Below, piece after piece: positions 55,201-63,662 of a stretch of 64,000 bases of DNA (position 1 is the first letter of the stretch; every line of letters starts with the position of its first letter). Both the position numbers and the translations under genes were made by a program. The notes beneath the pieces were generated by a model, which had not been told where the DNA came from, did no database searches, and was given only the letters and a program-made list of their open reading frames with translations. The DNA lies in sequence record LC680885.1. One strand, given 5' to 3'.

Positions 55201-58200
55201 AGAAGTGTATTTATATCTAAATTTTTTATTACCAACATTAGTTATTGTATCGCTACCAATAGACATACCTGGATCTACTACACTATCATATATTCTGAAA
55301 ACATCTCCACGTTCCATTTGTAAGTCAAATGATATAGAAATTTCATCTCCGACTTTTACTTTATTCAATAACTCATCAATATAAATTCTCCATAAATATT
55401 GATAAGATCCATTTGAATTATCTTCAAAGCCTTTATTCCAAGATAAACTGTTTTCTAATAAGTTTCTTGCACCAATCTGTATATTATTAATATTTTCATT
55501 AACTCTATTTTCTACTGCAGTAACTTGTGATGTAATTTGATTTGGTAATTGTTGGATACTAGAAGTATTAGCAGCAATTTTACCATCCATCTCATCTTGT
55601 TTACTAACAATACTAGTAATCTTATCAGTTTCTACTTTTAATTCACTGTATTGATTTGTAGTTTTAGTATCTAATGTCGTAATAGAAGAAGCGTTAAGTG
55701 TAATATCTTTCTCAGTTTGAGTTATACGAGTTTCATTTTTAGCAAATCTACTTCTATAATCTTCTGGCGATACGTCCCAAGAAGAAGCCACATTACCTTC
55801 TTCTAATTGAATATGACCTACATAAGTATCCTTAGTTGTATTATCAGCAGTAAACTGAATTTTAAGGAAATTATTAGTTTTAGAATTGAATCTCAACTCA
55901 TAACGAGTAGGAGTTGTTGTCAATGTCTTAGCAGATTCAGTCATAGTAATAAGATAATCTTTAGGAGAAACTTCAGTAGTTAAACTTGAAGCTTTCGTAA
56001 TAGGTGTTTTAATTACTGGAGACGCAGCTGCTGAATAAGCATCATAGCTTAATACATAATTCGTATTAGGTTTAACTGCAACTATTTGAGATACTTCGGA
56101 TAAATTTGTTCTAGTATTAGCATAAGTTATACTATTATTAACTTTTTTAGTAATACTAGCTAAGAAAGGTAAATCAAATTTTTCAGTTCCAGCAAGCATG
56201 TTCTTAGTACCAATTTTAACTTTTCCCGATATAGCTTCAGTACTAGTCTCAGTTGTTACTCTTTGATCTATTCTACCAATTTCAGCAGTAATATTTGTAT
56301 TTAAATTTGATACAGTTTCATTAACGCTAGTTTTAGTGGCATAATCTTTAGAAATATCTTGTTTAATAGAATCAGCTGTAGTAGTAATGCTAGCCTGTAA
56401 AGTTTGTTTAGTGTCATTAATAGCAGATTGTCTATCTGTAACTTCTTGAGTTATTTTATCATTAGCTACTTTTAATTCACCAGTTAAATCACTGATATTG
56501 CCTTCATTTTTAGTAACTTTATCAGCAGTAATAGTATAGCTATCATTAAGTTGGGTTACTTTAGTTGACAAATCAGAATAATTTTCATCACTTCTATCTA
56601 TTCTAGAAACTAATGATGTGATATTATCAGTGGCTACTTTTAAACTACCTTCTAAATTAGTGACATTTTCTTGAGTGACTTTTTGTTCTTCAGAAATAGC
56701 TTTAATTTCTCCAGCAACTGTTTCTAATCTAGATGATATATCTCTGACAACTTTATCATCTAAATCTTCTATTTTCTTAGATACTTCTTGACGAATCATA
56801 TCTACTGTTTGACTGACTTCAGAGAAACCTTCGACTACCTGTTTACGATAATCATCCATTTCTTTTTTAGTCATCATAGTGGCTACTAATTCATTAGTGT
56901 CAATTACAGTTTTCTTAACAGATTCTAATCCAGTGACATCGTACATTTCTAAATTAGTAACCCAGAATTTAGGTTCATCAGAACCATCTTCAAATTCTGT
57001 TACATCTGAATCTTCAGATTGGTTTACCTTAAAGTATAATGTCATATAGAAAGCACCGTATAAGAAACCATTAGTACCTCTAACATTTTCTTTAGTAATT
57101 AAACCTTGACGGTGATACCAACCATTAAATTCTTCAGGATCGTCATCTTCTTCTGTATTAGGAATATCTTCATCTTTAATTAAAGACCATTCAACATTAC
57201 TATCAGTGAATGTTCCTGAAACTTTAGTTCCGGCAGGGAAACCTCCATCTTCAGAATCGTAATTAATTAAATCAAAAGGTCTATTTAAATAGATACAATT
57301 GTTTTCTCTATCAATAGCTCCAAAATCCCAACCGTTCATGAATACATTTCTAGAATAAGTTGATTCTCCATAATTATAACCATCATTACTCTTGAAATTC
57401 CAAATAACTAATGAATGATTATCATTATAATCTACTAAATTAGGATTAATATTTTTATTAACTATTCCTGCATTTGATACATTATAATTATTAGTCATAT
57501 TCTTAATAGCTTCTTCTTCATCTACCGGAGTTGAATTAGTTTCAACTGGTTCTTCAGATTCAGACATAGGGAGATCAGGTTCTGTAGTTTTATCTTCTTC
57601 AGGAGTATCATCTGCATATATTACACTATCTTCTTCTTCATCAGGTAATGCATTAGGATCATCTATAGAAAGAATATCATCTGCATCACTAGGTAATATA
57701 ACTGATCCATCTCTATCATAATCATAAACAGGAGTATCATCTTCTTCATCTAACGGTGCAGATTGGAATCTGTAAGTATCATCAAGACCATCAAGACTAT
57801 TGAAATAAATAACTTTATCTCCTTGTCTTAATTCTTGAGCTAATTCAATTACAGGTTTTTCACTACCCATTACATGTTGAGATTCTATTAACTGTCCGTC
57901 TTTATCATAACTTAAATGACCTATAGAAGAAGGAAGAGAATTATTATTCTTCATAAACATAGAAAGTTTATATGTCTTCTCTGGATTAATAGGTATTAAT
58001 CTTTCAGAAGAAATAGTAGAGTTAAATCCTTCCATTCTAAATGAAGCTGCTGATTGGAAGGCATCTGAATTATCGTAATACATTCCAGGAAAGTTTGATT
58101 CATCTCCTTGATCTGCATTACCATTAAAAATTAAGTTATCTCCACGAGAATCCATGTAGTAATTAAATTCTTGTTGTGATACTTCTAATTCTTGACCTAA

Positions 58201-60204
58201 ATCTTCTCTAACACTATTAGCTTCAGCCATAGCTTTATCTATATCTTTAGATTTTTGATCTAACTCTTCTTGTTGTTTTTCTAACTCTGTTTTAGTATTC
58301 TCTAAATTAACTTTGGATTCAGCAATTTCATCTTTAGTTTTTTGAATCTGTTCTTGAATAAGGTCAAACATATCTTGTTTATCTATAGTGCCATCTATTA
58401 AACCAGATTCAGAATTAAGCGGTAAACCTAATACACTTGATAGATTTTCTTTTAATTGATTTAAATTTTCTTTTAATCCTCTATCGGAATCATTAAGGTC
58501 ATTTTCAATTCTGTTAACTTTAACTCTCATTAATTCTAAAGAAGTTTTTACTTCATTAATATCTTCAGTTACATTGATATTTCCTGTTAATTTTTGAGTT
58601 TTACTATCATAAGACAATCCTAAAACTCTTCCAATTTCAGAAAATACAGTATCTTTAATACCATGAGAATATTCATTTTGAAGTTTATTCATTTCTAAGT
58701 TAATAGCTTCATTAGATAATTCAATAATACTTTTAGTACTATTAACTACAGAATAGAATCCTACAAACGATTTATTAATATCTTTCATTAATGCTTCATT
58801 TTGATCAGCTCTATTAAGTTTATTGACTTCAGATTTTATTTTATCAAAGTCATTATTAATTTCTTTAATTTTATCTCTAACCTGAATTTTAATTGCATCT
58901 TCTTTAAGATAAGCTGAATCAAATATAGATTTTAATTGGTTAACAACTTGATCTTTTTGAGATTTAATTAAACCAAAATCAGAAATAATAGCATCAAAGT
59001 TAAGTTCTTTATTTGATTGCAATACACTTGATCCATCTGTACTGCTATTGTTACCATTACTAATATCATTAATATAATTTTTAAATGATTCTAATTGTTT
59101 ATTAACTAGAGATTCAACTAATTTAACATCATTACTTTTAGAAGTTGTACTGTCTTTAATAAAGATATTATCATTAGCATATTTAGTATAATTCTCTAAC
59201 ATTTCAGGTTTATAAACTTCATTAGAATCTTTATACTTAGCAAAGAAGTTAAATTTCTCTATATTGTAATCGAATAAACTTCTCTCTAATTTATATATTT
59301 GAAAACCTGCTGTTAACTCAGGTTTAATATTTTTATAATTGATGAATATTTGACTTGATATAAATTTATTATAATGACAGTTAGTCCAGTTTCTTAGCAC
59401 TAAACCAGTCATTTTTAAATCTATAGCATTCAAAGAACTGTCATTAAGGTATTTAGAAGCAATTTCTTCCATTTCATCTCTAGTTTTTCCTTTAACTTCC
59501 ATAGTGTCAAATATATAATTTTCATCTTTAATAAATCTAGCTTGATTTAATGAGTCTTTAACAGTAATAGATTCATTATTGTCATTATACATGATTAAGC
59601 CAGTTTTAATATTTGATTTATCCACATTAAATTCAAAACCAGGAATTCTACCAGAAACTTCTTTAGGATTAGATTTTCTTAAATCTTTACCTTTATTAAT
59701 TATTAAAGTTCTTTCATTTGTATTAATATCATACTTATGTCTAATAGATAAATCTTTTTCAAATAAAATATCTAATAATTTTTCAAATACAGATTTATTA
59801 TTTTTAGATAAAGTAATTTCTTCATCAACAACCAAATCATTATATTCAATATTATATCCTGTATTCAATAATAGAGTACTTAATACTGATTTTAATTGCC
59901 CTTTTAATTCTTCATTAGAATTCATAAAGACATTATTTAAATCTTTTACATAAGCAGGAATTAATGAAGATTTTAAACCATTTTCTTCAATACAAACAAA
60001 TTCAGAATCATTCTTACTTTCATCTTTAATAATTATATGTGTATTTTCTGAAATATAGTTTTTACTTTTGAATTCAATATTAATAATTTCAGTTTTCTTA
60101 CTAAAATCATATACTAATTTCTCACTAGAAATTACATTTTCAAAAGTTTCTGCAACTAATTTACCTTCAATTCTTTTACGTTCTTTATCTAGAATACTAA
60201 TCAA
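52216..60204 (-). CDS. Large tail fibre / host-specificity protein (2662 aa): Tal-like N-terminus, coiled coils, at least 5 carbohydrate-binding-like modules
   Basis: Repeated (G/A)RNL..NS ... (K/Q)LE(K/E)GN...DW.PAPED modules; heptad-rich linkers. Confidence 0.8.
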   Translation of the reverse strand: MISILDKERKRIEGKLVAETFENVISSEKLVYDFSKKTEIINIEFKSKNYISENTHIIIKDESKNDSEFVCIEENGLKSSLIPAYVKDLNNVFMNSNEELKGQLKSVLSTLLLNTGYNIEYNDLVVDEEITLSKNNKSVFEKLLDILFEKDLSIRHKYDINTNERTLIINKGKDLRKSNPKEVSGRIPGFEFNVDKSNIKTGLIMYNDNNESITVKDSLNQARFIKDENYIFDTMEVKGKTRDEMEEIASKYLNDSSLNAIDLKMTGLVLRNWTNCHYNKFISSQIFINYKNIKPELTAGFQIYKLERSLFDYNIEKFNFFAKYKDSNEVYKPEMLENYTKYANDNIFIKDSTTSKSNDVKLVESLVNKQLESFKNYINDISNGNNSSTDGSSVLQSNKELNFDAIISDFGLIKSQKDQVVNQLKSIFDSAYLKEDAIKIQVRDKIKEINNDFDKIKSEVNKLNRADQNEALMKDINKSFVGFYSVVNSTKSIIELSNEAINLEMNKLQNEYSHGIKDTVFSEIGRVLGLSYDSKTQKLTGNINVTEDINEVKTSLELMRVKVNRIENDLNDSDRGLKENLNQLKENLSSVLGLPLNSESGLIDGTIDKQDMFDLIQEQIQKTKDEIAESKVNLENTKTELEKQQEELDQKSKDIDKAMAEANSVREDLGQELEVSQQEFNYYMDSRGDNLIFNGNADQGDESNFPGMYYDNSDAFQSAASFRMEGFNSTISSERLIPINPEKTYKLSMFMKNNNSLPSSIGHLSYDKDGQLIESQHVMGSEKPVIELAQELRQGDKVIYFNSLDGLDDTYRFQSAPLDEEDDTPVYDYDRDGSVILPSDADDILSIDDPNALPDEEEDSVIYADDTPEEDKTTEPDLPMSESEEPVETNSTPVDEEEAIKNMTNNYNVSNAGIVNKNINPNLVDYNDNHSLVIWNFKSNDGYNYGESTYSRNVFMNGWDFGAIDRENNCIYLNRPFDLINYDSEDGGFPAGTKVSGTFTDSNVEWSLIKDEDIPNTEEDDDPEEFNGWYHRQGLITKENVRGTNGFLYGAFYMTLYFKVNQSEDSDVTEFEDGSDEPKFWVTNLEMYDVTGLESVKKTVIDTNELVATMMTKKEMDDYRKQVVEGFSEVSQTVDMIRQEVSKKIEDLDDKVVRDISSRLETVAGEIKAISEEQKVTQENVTNLEGSLKVATDNITSLVSRIDRSDENYSDLSTKVTQLNDSYTITADKVTKNEGNISDLTGELKVANDKITQEVTDRQSAINDTKQTLQASITTTADSIKQDISKDYATKTSVNETVSNLNTNITAEIGRIDQRVTTETSTEAISGKVKIGTKNMLAGTEKFDLPFLASITKKVNNSITYANTRTNLSEVSQIVAVKPNTNYVLSYDAYSAAASPVIKTPITKASSLTTEVSPKDYLITMTESAKTLTTTPTRYELRFNSKTNNFLKIQFTADNTTKDTYVGHIQLEEGNVASSWDVSPEDYRSRFAKNETRITQTEKDITLNASSITTLDTKTTNQYSELKVETDKITSIVSKQDEMDGKIAANTSSIQQLPNQITSQVTAVENRVNENINNIQIGARNLLENSLSWNKGFEDNSNGSYQYLWRIYIDELLNKVKVGDEISISFDLQMERGDVFRIYDSVVDPGMSIGSDTITNVGNKKFRYKYTSKITKTSGTNTRWAIYAYNNNNGDKFSIENIKIEKGNKATDWSPAPEDVNSQINDIRIGGRNLVLDSKNNKYVNHTLYGKPYNLSLDWIVDETYTVTIKGNTNNKDHYFSAYIDDGYTNLCNLTYDSKKGLWIGTGVAKQSSRNLSKLLTIYDMPKDGNYLSTIEWIKLEKGNKSTDWTPAPEDIETSISTVSSKIDQKADSIELSVNKINNYLNADNALINSDLRNGWEGWKTNDDDTSNNLNFADKIDSPYWTYTFSGSTESNPTDTTTNYRDYLSIISNSNEGWKQWQTSNIDYKDADGSLKLSKIKPGTYTFSFDVRKSLETTKGSITVSLRVNKSSSSINPLSYTISAENDINDDWSTFQTTFNLTSSDLSGMTQLRLIIASVSPYSDGKFYFKNIRLDEGNYPKNPRFSIASEDDMTFNTDNNLALGSVYRVNNVSRGTYKRMTLPLNGYLKKNTKYKVAFDYNIQSGKNSEGLISLYPYRYPYKGSGYSTDLDTLPEISSVNRIDYPVSTTKRNVIEITTPNEDKINQLLFYAAKAGTTDNADITASFENITVIESKDSNDDTSFDINKVKDVFKYKHNNFGTTWPAVMSSYLPVGQEGQFSIGDEVTGSVYIYIPATARKFLTYKIYFEVATYENIQQTTNPKFGVVEIPASEFIFDKWVRYSFTAKIPRNSSNGRTNYLRFLLRYNNYDKTDAYNDGTVFYYALPKLEKGNQLKPWTPSALDKYSTSSLSSKITMNSESIKMISSSIDLNTDKVKIYNNKGNLSFTNDVLRISKSALDTDNFVEINSTGLNIRKNGVDQMVEGMFLSETNFMPTMPGVRTWNWVSGSAHATNEKNFRPIVLDDTRAGTYNIYRDIYKYGYDNAQLDESSGKDKATLNVFSYHHNRRYLKFVYRATVTEGNNLYITFSDGMGWKTNSDIKMHKEIGVTGSSKVDTSTRIATIDLGVPDNFNKYLLIQLSITGSTGSAQLGQISIVRMSLSNFESDVR

Positions 60205-60258
60205 ATTTAATTCACCATCCTTTCATTTAATTGATATTAATGTGTTCCATGTCAATAA

Positions 60259-60681
60259 TTAATAGTCTTCTAATTGTTCAGCTAGCGTATCAATAATAGC
60301 AGCTTTTTTCCCTGATAGTTGAGTTTCCATATTATCAATAATATTTAATAAAATAGATTTATCTCTAACAGTAATAACTGCTTTTTCTTCATCAATAGCT
60401 AATATATCTTCTTTAGCATTTGGGAATTCACTTACATTAAGAATAATACTTTCTGGATCTTTAGGGTCTTTAACAATATTACCATTTTCATCTTTTTTAG
60501 AAAATTCGTCAACCATATCTTTTCTATCTTTAGCATATTCTTCATAAGATTCTTTAAGTTGATTAATGAATTTAGTTCTATGTCTAGATTTATTACCATT
60601 AAGTGGAATATTGAATAACACATCATATACAGTTTGTAAATCTTCATTTTTAATTGTAACTTGTTCAATTGTTTCTACCAT
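60259..60681 (-). CDS. DUF1617-like phage protein
   Basis: IKNEDLQTVYDVL...SRHRTKF...YAKDRKDMVDEFSKKDENG resembles DUF1617; GGAG RBS. Confidence 0.65.
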   Translation of the reverse strand: MVETIEQVTIKNEDLQTVYDVLFNIPLNGNKSRHRTKFINQLKESYEEYAKDRKDMVDEFSKKDENGNIVKDPKDPESIILNVSEFPNAKEDILAIDEEKAVITVRDKSILLNIIDNMETQLSGKKAAIIDTLAEQLEDY

Positions 60682-60798
60682 TTTTAGAAAACTCCTTTTA
60701 AATTGATATTTATAATATAAATTAAGTTATTATGGCATTTTAAAAAATTACTCAACATTTTATTTATTATGAAACTAATAGAAAGTGGGTAGAAATAT

Positions 60799-62061
60799 AT
60801 GCCTCATTTAGGAAAAGAAAATGGTTATTCCATGTGTACTGCATCACCTTCATTATCTAGTGTTATATCAGGTGTACAATCATTCATGTGGACATATTTT
60901 AAATCAATGTTCCCTAGTAATTTTTTTGCTTCAACTTATGTAAATACTTCTCTTAATTCAAATTCACTAAAAGATATGAAGGAACGTAAAAAAGGTTTTC
61001 CTCATTTATCAATGAATACACAATTTGAATTGGGTGATGGTTTTATGTCAGGTTTACCTATGTGGCATAAGACTGATAGATTTGTAATGAAAAATCTTAA
61101 AAGAAATTATAGATTAATATTTGAAGATGATACGAGAGGAATTAGAATATATACTGTTCCTCAAAGATATAAGATAGTATTTAATTACGGTATACTATTA
61201 CAAACAGAAATGAGTGCTTGGAACGTTCTTAATCACATTAATCAAACATTTGAAAATGGTGGTTATAATTATGCTAATGAAATAAGAATACCAACAAAAT
61301 TACCAGAAATATTTATTGTTAATATATGTAAAAAATTAGGTCTAGATATTAATAACAATAAAGATAGAATGCAATTAAATGATTATATGATGACAAATGG
61401 TTTAGGTCCAATTACTAATAAAAAAGATTTATCTACAGGTAAAGAAAAGTATACTTATGATTATACTACTAATATATTATTAAATTATCCTGATTTAACT
61501 AATTATGAAAAAGAAGTAACTAATCTAATAAATAAATCAGCTTCAGTTAGATATGCGATATCTGCTGAATTATGGGTACCTGGTAGTTATATATTAGAAA
61601 TTGAAGATGATTTCAATATTCAAAGAGAAATTGATTCACTTTCAGATGATGTTTTACAATTCGACATTGCTATTTTACAAGATATGATTCCTAAGGAAAA
61701 TGAAAGAGGAATGAAATTATTATTAGAAAGAAACTTTAATACTGAAATGAATGTTAAATTTGATTCAACTCAGATTGAAGAAATATTAGATAAAGATGTT
61801 ATAAATTCAATTAAAGAACTTAATAAGATTAATGGGGACATTCAAAAAATCGTAGAATTCAAATTGTTTAAAAATAATAAACCTATGAGTAAAGATGAAT
61901 ATTTCGTTGATTATGATACATTTGAATTAATTGTAAAAGAACCTGAAGATAATAAAGTTCATACGCTTGTAATGTATGCAGATACACGTAAGATTAATAT
62001 GATAAATGAATTAATAAATCAAGGAAGAAAAAAAGATTTATACAAAATGGACATATTTTAG
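60799..62061 (+). CDS. Hypothetical protein (420 aa), possibly virion structural
   Basis: Long ORF; AACA-type motif at 60754. Confidence 0.75.
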   Translation: MPHLGKENGYSMCTASPSLSSVISGVQSFMWTYFKSMFPSNFFASTYVNTSLNSNSLKDMKERKKGFPHLSMNTQFELGDGFMSGLPMWHKTDRFVMKNLKRNYRLIFEDDTRGIRIYTVPQRYKIVFNYGILLQTEMSAWNVLNHINQTFENGGYNYANEIRIPTKLPEIFIVNICKKLGLDINNNKDRMQLNDYMMTNGLGPITNKKDLSTGKEKYTYDYTTNILLNYPDLTNYEKEVTNLINKSASVRYAISAELWVPGSYILEIEDDFNIQREIDSLSDDVLQFDIAILQDMIPKENERGMKLLLERNFNTEMNVKFDSTQIEEILDKDVINSIKELNKINGDIQKIVEFKLFKNNKPMSKDEYFVDYDTFELIVKEPEDNKVHTLVMYADTRKINMINELINQGRKKDLYKMDIF

Positions 62062-62081
62062 AAAAAAAAATCAAAATATTA

Positions 62082-62113
62082 GAGGTAACTATCAAATTAA
62101 TGATAGTTACCTC
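62082..62113. terminator. Bidirectional terminator
   Basis: GAGGTAACTATCA / TGATAGTTACCTC between convergent genes. Confidence 0.8.
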
Positions 62114-62120
62114 AATTTTA

Positions 62121-62927
62121 TTATTTTACATTAGTTCTATATTCAAGAATAGTTTTTACTAAAAGCATATTAGCATTTAATTCTTTAGAAGTTCCTTCAG
62201 CTTCTTCAGCTTTAAGTTTACCTACTTGCTCTAAAGACATCATTTCCATTGGATTAATATTTTTAGGAATTTTACCGGAATTAAGTTTAATAACTTCACT
62301 AGCTTGCATAGCTTTAATAGATTCATTTAAAAATTCATTAATGACTGAATCTGAAAAGCTTTTAATAACTTTGTTATCTTCTTTTTTAGTGATATCATTA
62401 CCTTTAATTAAGTCTGCTCTGTTATAATATACGAATAAATCAATATAAGTTACTAAGATTATATTGTATATTTCTTGGAAGTTTAAATTGGTACCCATAT
62501 TCTCATCAGTATAATTCAACATTAATGCAAATACTCTTTCACTAATATTACTTTGTCCTTCTGGAAGAAATTCATCAAAACCTACACTTCTAGACATTGA
62601 TAAGAAGTCCATAATATTTCTTGCAAAGTTTTCTTCACTGTTTAATTCATTTTCATCAGTAAAGAATTTAACAAAATCAGAATATGATAAACCAGTAATA
62701 TCATCTGATTTTCTTCTAATCATTTTCATACTATAAAAATCTCTAAATGTTTTACTATCTCCAGTTGAACCTAATTTATCTTCTAAGATTTCTAATTCTT
62801 TTCTGTTAGATTCTTCTTTCATTTCTTTCATTAATACATTTGAAACATCCTCGTTAATTCTTTCTAAATCATTGTTAAATAATTCAATTGCTTGGTTTAA
62901 TTCTTCCATTATCCATTTCATCTCCAT
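62121..62927 (-). CDS. Hypothetical protein
   Basis: ORF; early-type TATATATTAT on the minus strand at 62975-84 with hairpin. Confidence 0.75.
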   Translation of the reverse strand: MEMKWIMEELNQAIELFNNDLERINEDVSNVLMKEMKEESNRKELEILEDKLGSTGDSKTFRDFYSMKMIRRKSDDITGLSYSDFVKFFTDENELNSEENFARNIMDFLSMSRSVGFDEFLPEGQSNISERVFALMLNYTDENMGTNLNFQEIYNIILVTYIDLFVYYNRADLIKGNDITKKEDNKVIKSFSDSVINEFLNESIKAMQASEVIKLNSGKIPKNINPMEMMSLEQVGKLKAEEAEGTSKELNANMLLVKTILEYRTNVK

Positions 62928-63008
62928 TTATAAAAATTATTTAAGATTATTTAATTACCATTAATCTCATTTATATAATATATATTTAAATAATGTTTAT
63001 AATTTTAT

Positions 63009-63662
63009 TTATATATCTGAAGCTTCTAATAATTCATTATACTGTTCTATTTGATGATCTAACATGTAATCTTTATAATACGAAACAAATTCATTTACTT
63101 TACCAAATATTGAAGATAATGGAATGATAATTTTACCTGCATGAGCTAATTGATGATTTGTTTTGGATAGTAATACTAAACCTACTTTATTATCGAAATG
63201 TAATTTCATAACTCTTTCTGCTATATCTATTGATGTAAATTGTTCATCTTCCATTATAGCTCTATTAACCACTATTTCTACAATCTCATATAATGTAAAA
63301 GGAAAGTGATGATATTCCATTGTAACCATGTCTTCTGTTAAATTTGACATTGTTATATCATTTTTTAGATTGTATTCTTCTTTTAATATTGATAAATACT
63401 TTTTATATTCATTTGATCTTCTTACTAATCCTTCTACATTCTTAATAAATTTCTTTAAACTATTTTCTGATTCTATTTCAAAGTATAAACTTGATATTTG
63501 AAATTTACTTTTTTTATTTACTAATGTTGTATTATTATTTGAATCTTTCTTGATTAATATATTATTAATTCTATTATTTTTATTTAGTTTAACTTTACTA
63601 CTTGAAAATTTCTTATTATTAAATTTTATATCTACATTTTTATTACTACTCATTTTATTCAA
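63009..63662 (-). CDS. HNH-like protein
   Basis: MEYHHFP ... LLSKTNHQLAH matches beta-beta-alpha-metal spacing. Confidence 0.55.
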   Translation of the reverse strand: MNKMSSNKNVDIKFNNKKFSSSKVKLNKNNRINNILIKKDSNNNTTLVNKKSKFQISSLYFEIESENSLKKFIKNVEGLVRRSNEYKKYLSILKEEYNLKNDITMSNLTEDMVTMEYHHFPFTLYEIVEIVVNRAIMEDEQFTSIDIAERVMKLHFDNKVGLVLLSKTNHQLAHAGKIIIPLSSIFGKVNEFVSYYKDYMLDHQIEQYNELLEASDI

